Shown here: positions 12,220-21,977 of the stretch, one piece after another
How the letters are laid out: each line of letters starts with the position of its first letter
Numbering within the stretch: the first letter of the stretch is position 1
DNA from: Histomonas meleagridis 2922-C6/04-290x
Taxonomy: Eukaryota > Protista > Parabasalia
Length of the DNA stretch: 64,000 nt
Assembly (NCBI GenBank): GCA_020184695.1
Contig: JAANOX010000095.1
Location: 62,001-126,000 of the forward strand
Reading direction: 5' to 3'
Program-made: the position numbers and the translations under genes
The notes under the pieces: model-generated
What the model was told of the DNA's origin: nothing
Seen by the model: the letters and a program-made list of their open reading frames with translations, nothing else
Database searches by the model: none

Positions 12220-12516
12220 TTATTCAGCTGCTGCTTTCCTTTTTGTTGTGGTCTCAGGTTCTATTAATTGCTCAAATCTTGGAATGTCTTCTTGAAGAAA
12301 GTCATATATCTTATTTTCCTTAATAACCTTAATTATGTCTGGTACTTTTATTTCACTGGAGGCATCTGATGGAAGTTTTGAAATCATTTCTTGGATAAAT
12401 AACTCTGTGATATAAGAAATTAAAACTGGTACACCTTTTGAAACTTTACCAACTTCTTGATTTTTCTTTAGGATCTTTTTAGCAAATACTGGTTGAATTG
12501 ATGGCTTTTCAGTCAT
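12220..12516 (-). CDS. DRAP1: Histone-fold protein, NC2 alpha (DRAP1/Bur6)-like
   Basis: KKILKKNQEVGKVSKGVPVLISYITELFI...IYDFLQE aligns with the NC2-alpha pattern KKIMQ.DEEVGKV...VPV.IS...ELF...FDFL. Confidence 0.7.
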   Translation of the reverse strand: MTEKPSIQPVFAKKILKKNQEVGKVSKGVPVLISYITELFIQEMISKLPSDASSEIKVPDIIKVIKENKIYDFLQEDIPRFEQLIEPETTTKRKAAAE

Positions 12517-12789
12517 AAGAATTTTATAATAATTTGACTTACTTTGTTCAGTTTAAACGACAAAGTAAAAATATATGAATATTTAAATTTTTGAGTAAAA
12601 ATATTTAGCATAAATTATTCCAGTCAAAATCGCTGCTACAGAATATTGAATATAACGATAATGAATTTTCAGTGAAAAACGATAGACTTTATAATGAGCA
12701 GCAGCTGTTCTGAATATTTCTTATCAAAATAAATATATTTTAATGAGTTTTAAATTGCAAAAACATAAATTTCATATACAATCCAACAT

Positions 12790-13806
12790 TTATTTATTGT
12801 TATTTTGAATTCCACATTTTTGGTAAAAGAAATTCGTCAAATTTTCAATTCTATTATATTGGTGCACATAATTTGGAACAGTATTCTTCTCCGAAATTGC
12901 TTGTTCGTGGATATTTATATCCACATGCTGATCAAGTGCACACCAACCGACAGTGAAAAATCCTTCGTTGCAACCAGTGAACGAATACTCTATTCCGACT
13001 TTGCTCAGTTGGCCGCTCCACACCAAATAGTTGAGAATTGGCTGATCCATACTCGGACTATAGCAATGCAGCCATTCACTTTGTTCAATCATTAACCTAC
13101 AAAGTGAAATATATGAAGAGCAGTCGCCGCATATTGTACCACTGCAAATAATAAAGTTATGCATATAATTTTTGAGCTCTGATTCTCCATAACAACTTTG
13201 AAACCATGCATAATTCCAACCACAATTTCGGATTTGATGTGGCTCCACAACGAATTTGAGAGAATCGTATGGTACATTTGAAGAAAATGGGTCGCCTTGG
13301 AAAAATACATCAAATGAATCTGTATGGAAAACACGATCAACTTCATTTTCATGCTTAATGAGCCATTCTAATTCATATTCATATCGTAACATATGAGGAA
13401 CATATGGCCTTTGTTTTCTTTCATCACAATTTGGTACTAATTCAACATGCATGGCAGATAAAAAGTGTTGCGCTTCAGCATCAGATGTAAAACTGCTTCC
13501 ACCAAATAATACAATACGAGCACGGCAACCTGTGGAACGAAGAGATTTGATAGTAAGTATAAGACCTGATGCAAAATGTGAAGCAAATAAAAGAACCACA
13601 TCCCTTTTGGTACTATTTACCACTGATGAAACATTAATATCGCATAAAAATTGTTTAAGTGGATCATTTGCTTGAGTTGTCTTTTTATCTAAACTAAGCA
13701 ATTGATATTCTATTTTATAAAACTTTCGAACAACAAAGAGACTGGCTAGTATAATCACAAAATATGAAATCCACGTAATAATTTTTAATTGGATTTTGCT
13801 TTCCAT
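12790..13806 (-). CDS. Type II membrane protein, putative GT-A-like glycosyltransferase
   Basis: N-terminal TM anchor (IITWISYFVIILASLFVV), HTDSFDVFFQGDPF (DxxD), DQPILNYL and HQYNR motifs. Confidence 0.6.
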   Translation of the reverse strand: MESKIQLKIITWISYFVIILASLFVVRKFYKIEYQLLSLDKKTTQANDPLKQFLCDINVSSVVNSTKRDVVLLFASHFASGLILTIKSLRSTGCRARIVLFGGSSFTSDAEAQHFLSAMHVELVPNCDERKQRPYVPHMLRYEYELEWLIKHENEVDRVFHTDSFDVFFQGDPFSSNVPYDSLKFVVEPHQIRNCGWNYAWFQSCYGESELKNYMHNFIICSGTICGDCSSYISLCRLMIEQSEWLHCYSPSMDQPILNYLVWSGQLSKVGIEYSFTGCNEGFFTVGWCALDQHVDINIHEQAISEKNTVPNYVHQYNRIENLTNFFYQKCGIQNNNK

Positions 13807-13833
13807 TTTGGGTTTGAATATGTTTGTTTGATT

Positions 13834-13839
13834 TCACTT
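13834..13839 (+). promoter_or_regulatory. Initiator (Inr)-like TCACTT
   Basis: TCACTT ends 5 nt before the ATG at 13845 and matches the known trichomonad Inr consensus TCA(T/C)(T/A). Confidence 0.55.
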
Positions 13840-13844
13840 TTGGA

Positions 13845-15614
13845 ATGAAAATTGCTGTACTTTCAAGCAATCCTTCAGTATTATCAGCAACCAAAACAAT
13901 TTTTCAACAAGTCCTTGATGAGAAATCACAGCCTTCTATTACAAAAATAGATTTTAAAGATGAAAAAATATATCGTACTCTAGAAGATACAAAAAGCGAA
14001 ACAGTTACAAGAATATTTGAAACAGAAGGTTTTGATTATTATGTAAGTGTTTCAATTGGTGTTCAACGTGAATTTGATGATTTTTATGGATATATCTTTT
14101 CTTCCGTTGCAGATTCAACAAAGAATAAATTTGGTTTTGGGATGTCACCTACGTTCCAAATACCGGATGATTTTACTGCACAAATAGAAAAAGGTATTTC
14201 ACTTGAAAACAATGAACTCATAGGACAAATTACAGGTGGCTTTTATACGATGGATAAATTTATGACTGAATCCATAGCATCAGCACTTATTCCGTTCCAC
14301 TTTTTCCCTATTCAAATTCCAGAAAATGCACCACCCGAACTTACGAAATTTGCAAATTCAGCCAATCCAATTGATAGGAATTCATTAGCATATCAACTTA
14401 AGACATTAGATTTCAGTAATCAAAAAACATTTGATGCAGGCAAATCTAGTGGCAAACTTGAATCCATAGCGGAACTTACTGATTATGATTCTGTTAATGA
14501 AGATGTAGTTGCAAATGGTATCGATGCACTTAGCCATGGTGAAGTTGCTGTTGTCATCATGGCAGGGGGTCAAGGGAGCCGTTTAAGGGCCCCGTTACCA
14601 AAAGCTTTGATCGAACTTGACATCCCATCAAAAATGACATTACTTGAAATTCAGCTCCGTCGTATTCGTAAACTTCACAATATGCTTCTATCGTATGGGC
14701 AAAATCCGAAGCCGATACCAGTCTATATATTAACATCCGAATCAACACATTCAACAATTGCAGCATATCTTCTTCAACATCGTAATTTCGGCCTTACACA
14801 TGTTATGTTAGTTAAGCAAAAACAACTTCCGGCAAGAAAACTTTCTAATGGCGAATTTGTTTTAAGTAATCCAACAAAAGTTTGTGCAGCACCAAATGGT
14901 AATGGTGCAGTATTTTCAGCATTAAAAGAATCAGGAGCACTTAAACAAATGAAGGAATTAGGCATTCGATATGTCGATATTCATCCAATCGATAATGCAC
15001 TTGCACGACCAGCAGATCCATTTTTTGTAGGTGCAATGATCTATGAAGAAGGAGATGCTGCTATTAAAGTTATACGGAAGCTACCGAAAGAAAAAATGGG
15101 CACAGTATGTAAGCGTGATGGGAAAACAGTGATCATAGAATACTCTGAAATCCCTGAAGGTGAAGAATCGTTGTATCCTTATGGAAACACTGCATTACAA
15201 TTGTATTCAATCGAGGTTATAGAAAAAGTGGCCGAAATTGAATTGCCTTATCACATCGCAAACAAAAAAGAAATGGTTTTGAATGATAAGGGCGAACTTG
15301 AATTGAGCGATGTGCAAAAGTTTGAAAGGTTTATTTTTGATGCGCTTGAGTATTGCGAAAACGTTGTTATCGTCGAATGTAATAGAGAAGATGAATTTGC
15401 TCCTGTTAAGAATTCTTCTGGCGCACCTACAGATTCACCAGAAACTGCAAGAGACCTCTTATTAGCCTTGCATAGAAGATGGGCTGAAGAAAATGAAATT
15501 ACATTGGAAGGTGAAGGACAGTTGGAATTCTTACCAGAAACAACTTATGGTGGTGAAGGGTTAGATAAAATGGGTTTGGTAGGTTCAACATTAACATTAC
15601 CAATGATGATTTGA
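13845..15614 (+). CDS. UAP1: UDP-N-acetylhexosamine pyrophosphorylase with N-terminal extension
   Basis: MAGGQGSRL..PLPK, APNGNG, IDNAL, EYSE, KFERFIFD, EFAPVKN motifs. First ATG is 13845 (track start 13824 is TTG). Confidence 0.85.
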   Translation: MKIAVLSSNPSVLSATKTIFQQVLDEKSQPSITKIDFKDEKIYRTLEDTKSETVTRIFETEGFDYYVSVSIGVQREFDDFYGYIFSSVADSTKNKFGFGMSPTFQIPDDFTAQIEKGISLENNELIGQITGGFYTMDKFMTESIASALIPFHFFPIQIPENAPPELTKFANSANPIDRNSLAYQLKTLDFSNQKTFDAGKSSGKLESIAELTDYDSVNEDVVANGIDALSHGEVAVVIMAGGQGSRLRAPLPKALIELDIPSKMTLLEIQLRRIRKLHNMLLSYGQNPKPIPVYILTSESTHSTIAAYLLQHRNFGLTHVMLVKQKQLPARKLSNGEFVLSNPTKVCAAPNGNGAVFSALKESGALKQMKELGIRYVDIHPIDNALARPADPFFVGAMIYEEGDAAIKVIRKLPKEKMGTVCKRDGKTVIIEYSEIPEGEESLYPYGNTALQLYSIEVIEKVAEIELPYHIANKKEMVLNDKGELELSDVQKFERFIFDALEYCENVVIVECNREDEFAPVKNSSGAPTDSPETARDLLLALHRRWAEENEITLEGEGQLEFLPETTYGGEGLDKMGLVGSTLTLPMMI

Positions 15615-15637
15615 TAAATTCTTTTCAAAGGAATTGT

Positions 15638-15970
15638 TTATTCTTTCTTTTCTGTTTGGAGACCCTTGAATGATGGAACGTCAACGTATGAGGCTGTTGT
15701 GAACATTTTGCCATCATCATCAACTTTGCGCTCATAAAGAACACGAACACGTGCTGGTGGATTTGCTCTGCTTCTGTACCAAACACGGCTGTTGAGTTCT
15801 TGATCGATTTTAACTTCTTTTGTGCCCATGAGGGTTTGACCGACCTTAACAATTTCCTTGATAGCTTTTTGTGCCTTTAACTTACGGCGTGAGTCATAAA
15901 CAAGCTTTTGGATATGAACTGTGGTTTCAATCTTTTTTGGTTCTTGTTGTTTGGTATGGAAAAGAGGCAT
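15638..15970 (-). CDS. RPL31: 60S ribosomal protein L31
   Basis: KAIKEI...MGTKEVKIDQELNSRVW.RSRANPPARVRV is the eL31 signature. Confidence 0.9.
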   Translation of the reverse strand: MPLFHTKQQEPKKIETTVHIQKLVYDSRRKLKAQKAIKEIVKVGQTLMGTKEVKIDQELNSRVWYRSRANPPARVRVLYERKVDDDGKMFTTASYVDVPSFKGLQTEKKE

Positions 15971-16089
15971 TACGAAAGAAAGGTGGGACCAAACCGTTAT
16001 TTTGAGAGGAGTTTGTTCGAATATCTATCGAAATGACGTTAAAAAAATATCGATTCTGGCCAAAATGGAAGACGTTAATAAAATCCCAG

Positions 16090-18216
16090 ATGAGCATCCT
16101 GACTGAATCCCAATTAAAGGAAATTCTCGATCAACTTTGTAATCAATATGAGACCTTATGTATTATAAAAGAAGATATTGAAGAAGATATTCAAACATTA
16201 GAAGATACAATACATACAAGAATTCAAGATATGCAAAAACTTGCTAATGATTTCATAAATCTGAAAGAAGAAATAATCAAAAGGAAAAGTAAAGTTTACC
16301 AAGAAGAAAACAAAACATACAAAGATATTAAAATACAAGAAATAATACAAAGGGAAAAAAATTTCAAAGAACTTTGGTCCGACGAAGAAGGTTTGCCTTC
16401 GGAAAACCTAGAAAGTGATACCTTACCAATTCCCACTGAATTTAGTCAAGATGAAGATATTCCTTTATCCAATGCGCTAGCCAGTCCCGAAAACCTAGAA
16501 AGTGATGCCTTACCAATTCCAAGTGAATTTAGTCAAGATGAAGATATTCCTTTATCCAATGCGCTAGCCAGTCCCGAAAACCAAGAGAGTGATACCTTAC
16601 CAATTCCAAGTGAATTTAGTCAGGACGAAGACATTTTATCACCCAGTGCGCCAGTTAGCCAAGAAAGTGATACCTTACCAATTCCAAGTGAATTTAGTCA
16701 GGACGAAGATATTCCTTTATCCAATGCGCTAGCCAGTCCCGAAAATCAAGAGAGTGATACCTTACCAATTCCAAGTGAATTTAGTCAGGACGAAGACATT
16801 TTATCACCCAGTGCGCCAGTTAGCCAAGAAAGTGATACCTTACCAATTCCAAGTGAATTTAGTCAGGACGAAGATACTTTATCACCCAATGCGTCAGCTA
16901 GTTCCGAAAGCCAAGAGAGTGATACATTACCAATTTCTAGTGAATTTAGTCAGGACGAATATACTTTATCATCCAGTGGATCGTCTAGTTCCGAAACCCA
17001 AGAAAGTGATACATTATCAATTTCTAGTGAATTTAGTCAGGACGAATATACTTTATCATCCAGTGCGTCAGCTAGTTCCGAAACCCAAGAAAGTGATACA
17101 TTATCAATTTCTAGTGAATTTAGTCAGGACGAATATTCTTTATCACCCAGTGCGCTGGCTAGTCCCGAAAGCCCCAAGCAGTTACAATACAGTATGTTTG
17201 AAAGTGATGGGAATGCTCCTAATTCAGATAATGAAGAAGGTCTTGACAATTGGGAGATAGAAACCTTAGTTCCACCACAAAGCATCCATTCACCACTCAA
17301 GATAAGTTTATTTGCAGAAATTTCAGAAGTCTCAATAATTTCTGGATTATCATTTAGTCCAGATTCCAGGTATCTAACTATTTGTAGCGAGACGTGTATT
17401 CGTCTTTATGACATTGATGAAGATAAGTTAATACTTCGCTATGTTCTTGAAAATGATTATCACGTAACATCAATTGCTTGGGCAAATGACAGCAAACGCT
17501 TTCTCTGCTCTATTGAAGAAAACCATATCTTTGTTTTTAATGGACCAGAATCTGTACTTATTCAAGATATCAACACCGGATTTGATAAGATATATCAAGT
17601 CAAAATAGCACCGAACCAAGCATATTTTGCGTCAGCTACTAACAATGGCATTACTGTTTATTCATTACAAAATTATTCGGAGACAAATATGTTGATCAAA
17701 AAAGATGGAGATATTCCGATGGAATCACTTTGTTTGTCTATTTCTCCAGATAGTAACTTGATCGTAGTTAGCTATGGGGATTCATCTATCGCAATTTGGA
17801 ATGTTAACGATAATGAAATTATCTCCCAAATAAATTGCCAGAACGCAATTATTCATTCAATGTTTTTCATCCCAAACTCAAGCCGGTTAGTGACAGCTTC
17901 CCTCGACCCTGAGATTAATGTTTGGGAAATTGGTAAAAATTCCAAAAATGATCTCGAAATTAAGCAGGTAAAAACATTTAATGGGCACAAGGATGTGGTC
18001 CTTTGTTTGGATGTAAGCGCTGATGGAAGATGGTTGTTAAGCGGATCAAAAGATACAACAGCAATATTGACAGATTTGGAAATGGGGGAAATGGTTTATT
18101 GCATAAAATCACATACAAATTCAGTGCTGACAGTAGAAATTAGCAAAAACCTACAAATGTTTGTAACTGGAGGAGGTGATAACCAAATTAAGATGTGGGA
18201 ATTTATAAATTTGTAA
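16090..18216 (+). CDS. WD40 protein with N-terminal coiled coil and acidic repeat linker (Tup1-like architecture)
   Basis: N-terminal coiled coil, Ser/Glu/Asp-rich repeats, then WD40 repeats (LSFSPDSRYL, GHKDVVLCLDVSADGRWLLSGSKD, SHTNSVLTV...GGGDNQIKMW). Start at ATG 16090 (MSILTES) is inferred; an in-frame ATG at 16033 also exists. Confidence 0.8.
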   Translation: MSILTESQLKEILDQLCNQYETLCIIKEDIEEDIQTLEDTIHTRIQDMQKLANDFINLKEEIIKRKSKVYQEENKTYKDIKIQEIIQREKNFKELWSDEEGLPSENLESDTLPIPTEFSQDEDIPLSNALASPENLESDALPIPSEFSQDEDIPLSNALASPENQESDTLPIPSEFSQDEDILSPSAPVSQESDTLPIPSEFSQDEDIPLSNALASPENQESDTLPIPSEFSQDEDILSPSAPVSQESDTLPIPSEFSQDEDTLSPNASASSESQESDTLPISSEFSQDEYTLSSSGSSSSETQESDTLSISSEFSQDEYTLSSSASASSETQESDTLSISSEFSQDEYSLSPSALASPESPKQLQYSMFESDGNAPNSDNEEGLDNWEIETLVPPQSIHSPLKISLFAEISEVSIISGLSFSPDSRYLTICSETCIRLYDIDEDKLILRYVLENDYHVTSIAWANDSKRFLCSIEENHIFVFNGPESVLIQDINTGFDKIYQVKIAPNQAYFASATNNGITVYSLQNYSETNMLIKKDGDIPMESLCLSISPDSNLIVVSYGDSSIAIWNVNDNEIISQINCQNAIIHSMFFIPNSSRLVTASLDPEINVWEIGKNSKNDLEIKQVKTFNGHKDVVLCLDVSADGRWLLSGSKDTTAILTDLEMGEMVYCIKSHTNSVLTVEISKNLQMFVTGGGDNQIKMWEFINL
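16400..17175 (+). repeat. Coding tandem repeat: 9 copies of ESDTLPIPSEFSQDE-containing 24- and 28-aa units (72/84 nt)
   Basis: EFSQDE occurs 9 times; the DNA core agtgaatttagtcaggacgaa recurs; frame is preserved. Confidence 0.9.
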
Positions 18217-18622
18217 AGTAAAGAAAAACTCGTGATAAAATTTATCGTTAAAATTTGAATACACTGTGATAAACGGTTTTCATATTAACCATTAACCAGA
18301 TCGAAATTTCAACCAAAAAAAAAACATTCCCAAAAATCAGTATAACCAAATATCAATTTTAATGAAATTGCTGCATTATGTATGCACTAGCAACAAGATT
18401 AGACATCTGATGTAAAAATGATCGTTCGAAAAAATTTCAAAGAAATGATTTCTTGAGCCTTTGCACAGTTAATACAACTGAATTTATCCGTATATTACCC
18501 AAAAAAAGTATATGTTGTGTTGGTATTTAAAGTGTCACCACCTATGTAAGACGATTGCGCAATTAATGAGAGCTCTACAACAAAAGTGACGCAACACAAA
18601 ACCGTTTATAAAACAATATCAG

Positions 18623-19180
18623 ATGGATCCAACTGCCGAAGCAATAGAAGAAAAGATTCAAGGTCTTCCATTCCCAGTCAACTCGGTGAAGCGTGTTGCT
18701 CGTCAACCTCTTTATCTTCATTCCAATAAAAATCCATTTCAACGAGGAATTTCACAAAAAGCAGCTGTACTTTTGTCATACGCTGGTGGTCTATTTATAG
18801 AGCAGCTGACCAAAAAGGTTTTTGAAAATGCAACTGATAATATAATCAGAAGAAGAATGGTTGTATCAACTCTTTTACAAACTCCAAGATATCGTTTTTC
18901 AATCACAAGAATGAGAACTAAAGAGCTTTTTGAGTTATTTGAAGAAACCAATGAACTCTCAAAAAGAGTTGCTGTTGCAAATATTTCAGTTCCAATTCCA
19001 TTACCTATAGCTCTTACAGCGTCAAATACTCCTGGAAGTGAGGTAAATCGTCGTGAAACTGAAAATGTTGAGGCTATTGTCCGTGCCCTTGTTTTTTCAC
19101 ATCAATCATATTATCAGACAGTTCCTTCATTTTTGCTGAATACCAAGAAAAAAGAAAATGGAACTGGCTCCAAAAGATGA
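18623..19180 (+). CDS. Histone-fold (NF-Y/CBF-like) protein
   Basis: LPFPVNSVKRVAR...ISQKAAVLLSYAGGLFIEQLTKKV...RYRF resembles the NF-YC/CHRAC histone fold. Confidence 0.6.
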   Translation: MDPTAEAIEEKIQGLPFPVNSVKRVARQPLYLHSNKNPFQRGISQKAAVLLSYAGGLFIEQLTKKVFENATDNIIRRRMVVSTLLQTPRYRFSITRMRTKELFELFEETNELSKRVAVANISVPIPLPIALTASNTPGSEVNRRETENVEAIVRALVFSHQSYYQTVPSFLLNTKKKENGTGSKR

Positions 19181-19689
19181 ACCAAAATTTTTTGAAAATT
19201 TAAGGTGAATAATCATTATCAGAAAATATTAAAATTTTTGTTCATGTTGGTATATATTTTTAGAAAAGTGTATTCTTTAATGATGTGAACTTTGACACAA
19301 AATTTTTTATTTATATAAAATTTTTAAATCATGAATCTTATGAATATTCGTGAATTCATGCTCTTTATTGTGTTTTCTTTTCTTAAGTTGTGGTAAGCTG
19401 GTTTTAAAAGTTATACTAATATTAAAAATTCACATCTGCAGATAAATATGATCAATTTCACTAGTTGGAATAAAATTCGTAGCCCCTCAGTTTCGAGTCA
19501 TGTTATTACAGATTATGATGTTGTAATGATAATTTTTAAAAAATTGATTGGAATGTTGAAAATGTTTCCATAAGCATTCCACTTGAAACAAATTTTTGTG
19601 ATCTTTAAAGATTGCAAAATGAAATGTGTTTGGTAAATTTTTACCAATAAGTTTACCTTTTATTAGAAACGTTTTTGTCTATATGTTTT

Positions 19690-19830
19690 ATATGTACAAG
19701 CCTTTAAAAGCTGCGGATTTACCAAATGTTACATTGGAAATGATACTTTTCGCGAATGTTCGTCACTGGAAACTTTAAACATTCCAAAATCAAAAATATT
19801 TCTGAAGGTGCATTCAATGAGGCTCAGGCT
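19690..19830 (+). pseudogene. BspA/LRR_5 remnant
   Basis: Reads QAFKSC...YIGNDTFRECSSLETLNIP, then frameshifted ISEGAF; no intact ORF. Confidence 0.5.
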
Positions 19831-20096
19831 TAGAATTTCTTTATCTACCATTACTTGAAAATATAAGTGGTATATTTATGAAAGGATGCAGAGCATTCAC
19901 GATCATTTATATAAGAAATATACCTGATTCAAAAAACAATGTTAGATTATACATTTCAAAAAAAAATTAAAGAAATAAAAAGAATTTTAGTTTATTAAAT
20001 GTTAAAAAAAAATATTTTTGGTTCCAAGTTTTCTAGAGATTGAATTTGACAAAAAGTGACGTCGAAGTAACCGCTAACAAAGTCAGATAATATTAA

Positions 20097-21257
20097 ATGG
20101 GAAACACATTCACAAGGAAAAACATCACATTATTCTGCATATTCCTAATAACAGCCCTTTTCTTATTCTACATATTATTCATGAGGAGGACATTTGTACG
20201 AAATAATACTCGAATTCCATTTATGTTATCTTCTACGTTAAACACATCTCTTAAACGATATGTTGAAACACTACCATCTAGAAACACAATGTTTGTTACT
20301 GGCCCTTATGAAAGTGGAAAATCCCAAACTCTTAATTTACTTGCAGAAGATCTTTTTACTAAACAGCGTCTTGTTTTAAATCTTGATGCATCCAAATTCC
20401 CCACAGAAGTTGAGTTTGTTTCCCACCTTAAGACATCTCTTCTTGATGGACTTCTTAAGCTTCGCCCATATTTATCTGCAGATATTCTTAAGTCTCTTAA
20501 TCCTAAAAGCATGAACAAGTCAATTTCTCTTCCACTTGGTCTTGATTCACAACTTGGACAAACCTATCTTCGCATATCAAAGTCAATTGATCAAATTCTC
20601 AACAAAGACAACACTATTTCCACATATGGCATCTATAACTTCTTTTCTGTTCTTCATAGTTTCTCTGATACCATTCGGCCAGTCATATTTTTACATTCCG
20701 GCGATACGTTAATTAATACATCACTTTATCATATAGTTTCATCATCCCTTTCACGTAAAAACCTTTACACAAACTTTGTTCCCACGGTGATAGAGCTTCG
20801 AGATTCTTCGATTCTTAATAACATTTCTCATCTTTCATCACTAAACACGATTCGAATTTCGTGTTCGCAAGACTTTAACGAAACTGCATTCGAAATCCTC
20901 ATTCGCTCCAAGATATTTAGTGCGTATGAGCTTCGAAGAGTATCCACACGACTCGGCGCGCACGGCGGCGCGCTTGCGCATGTGTTTGAGGACTTAAAGT
21001 TCGGCATAAACATCGACGAAGCGATTGAACATGAAGAAAATCGAATCAATGAAATAGTAAACAACGCTTTAACGAGGGCTGTGAAGAAATCACAGTTCGT
21101 ACAGAAGTTGTGTAAGAGTTCTGACGGCGCATTCGCGGCGGATGTGGCGGACGTAATGAGTTTGAAGAAGTTGTTCGAAAAAGGACTTTTGTATACCGAC
21201 GATAAAATGAGAACAAAGGTGGCAAACAAGGGAGTAATGAAGGCACTATGCACATGA
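20097..21257 (+). CDS. Membrane-anchored P-loop NTPase-like protein
   Basis: N-terminal TM (ITLFCIFLITALFLFYILFM), Walker A-like VTGPYESGKSQT; Walker B not obvious. Confidence 0.7.
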   Translation: MGNTFTRKNITLFCIFLITALFLFYILFMRRTFVRNNTRIPFMLSSTLNTSLKRYVETLPSRNTMFVTGPYESGKSQTLNLLAEDLFTKQRLVLNLDASKFPTEVEFVSHLKTSLLDGLLKLRPYLSADILKSLNPKSMNKSISLPLGLDSQLGQTYLRISKSIDQILNKDNTISTYGIYNFFSVLHSFSDTIRPVIFLHSGDTLINTSLYHIVSSSLSRKNLYTNFVPTVIELRDSSILNNISHLSSLNTIRISCSQDFNETAFEILIRSKIFSAYELRRVSTRLGAHGGALAHVFEDLKFGINIDEAIEHEENRINEIVNNALTRAVKKSQFVQKLCKSSDGAFAADVADVMSLKKLFEKGLLYTDDKMRTKVANKGVMKALCT

Positions 21258-21842
21258 AGAAGGAATAAAAGTGATTATGTTGTTAAATTTGTATGTGGTA
21301 TGAAAAATTTAATTGTAAAAATTTATTACATAAGAAGATGCAAAATATAATTTACAGAAACTTCGAAACTTTTTGGTGTTGTCGATATTGGATATGAAAA
21401 AAAAAATCATCACTAGTTTGGTATTTTTCTTCTAAAAAGTCAAAATCAATCGTAACACGTTAGCATATTGCACAGTATTTTTTTCTGAGATACAATTTGA
21501 TTTTGTTTTTGCTATTATTTATGCCATTTATCAATCAAATCTATTATCCCAGATAACTATGATTTATTTTTGCGATTAATTGTATTAAATATTAATTGTA
21601 ACGAGTTTATCGAATGATATTTTTTCTTCTACAAAGTCATTGCAAAACCGTCAGATAAAATTGATAGGGTACTTTATTCAAATTTTCTTAATGCTCAGAA
21701 TAATCCATTGAATTTCATCAAAATATAAGGAGAAAAGCATAGTTTTACTTATGATGAACATATTATAATATATATAAATAAAAAGACAATCACAATTGTT
21801 GCCATGACTTCCTTCTATGCTGTAACAACATTTGATTCTATA

Positions 21843-21977
21843 TTACAAAAGTGTACAACATCCACCACCTCCATGATGCGGTCCATGATGTGGTCCATGA
21901 TGTGGTGGTGGTGGCCTGTGGCGTGGTGGTGGTCTGTGATGTCCTCCATGTCCTCTTGGTCCGTGGTGTGGTGGCAT
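21843..21977 (-). CDS. 44-aa His/Pro/Gly-rich peptide ending in CCTLL (CaaX)
   Basis: MPPHHGPRGHGGHHRPPPRHRPPPPHHGPHHGPHHGGGGCCTLL*. GC-rich island in AT-rich DNA, with TCACT Inr-like motif just upstream of the ATG. Confidence 0.7.
   Translation of the reverse strand: MPPHHGPRGHGGHHRPPPRHRPPPPHHGPHHGPHHGGGGCCTLL

Noticed and set aside
16754-17260. 168-aa alternative-frame ORF in the WD40 gene
   Set aside because: By-product of a stop-free tandem repeat read in another frame.
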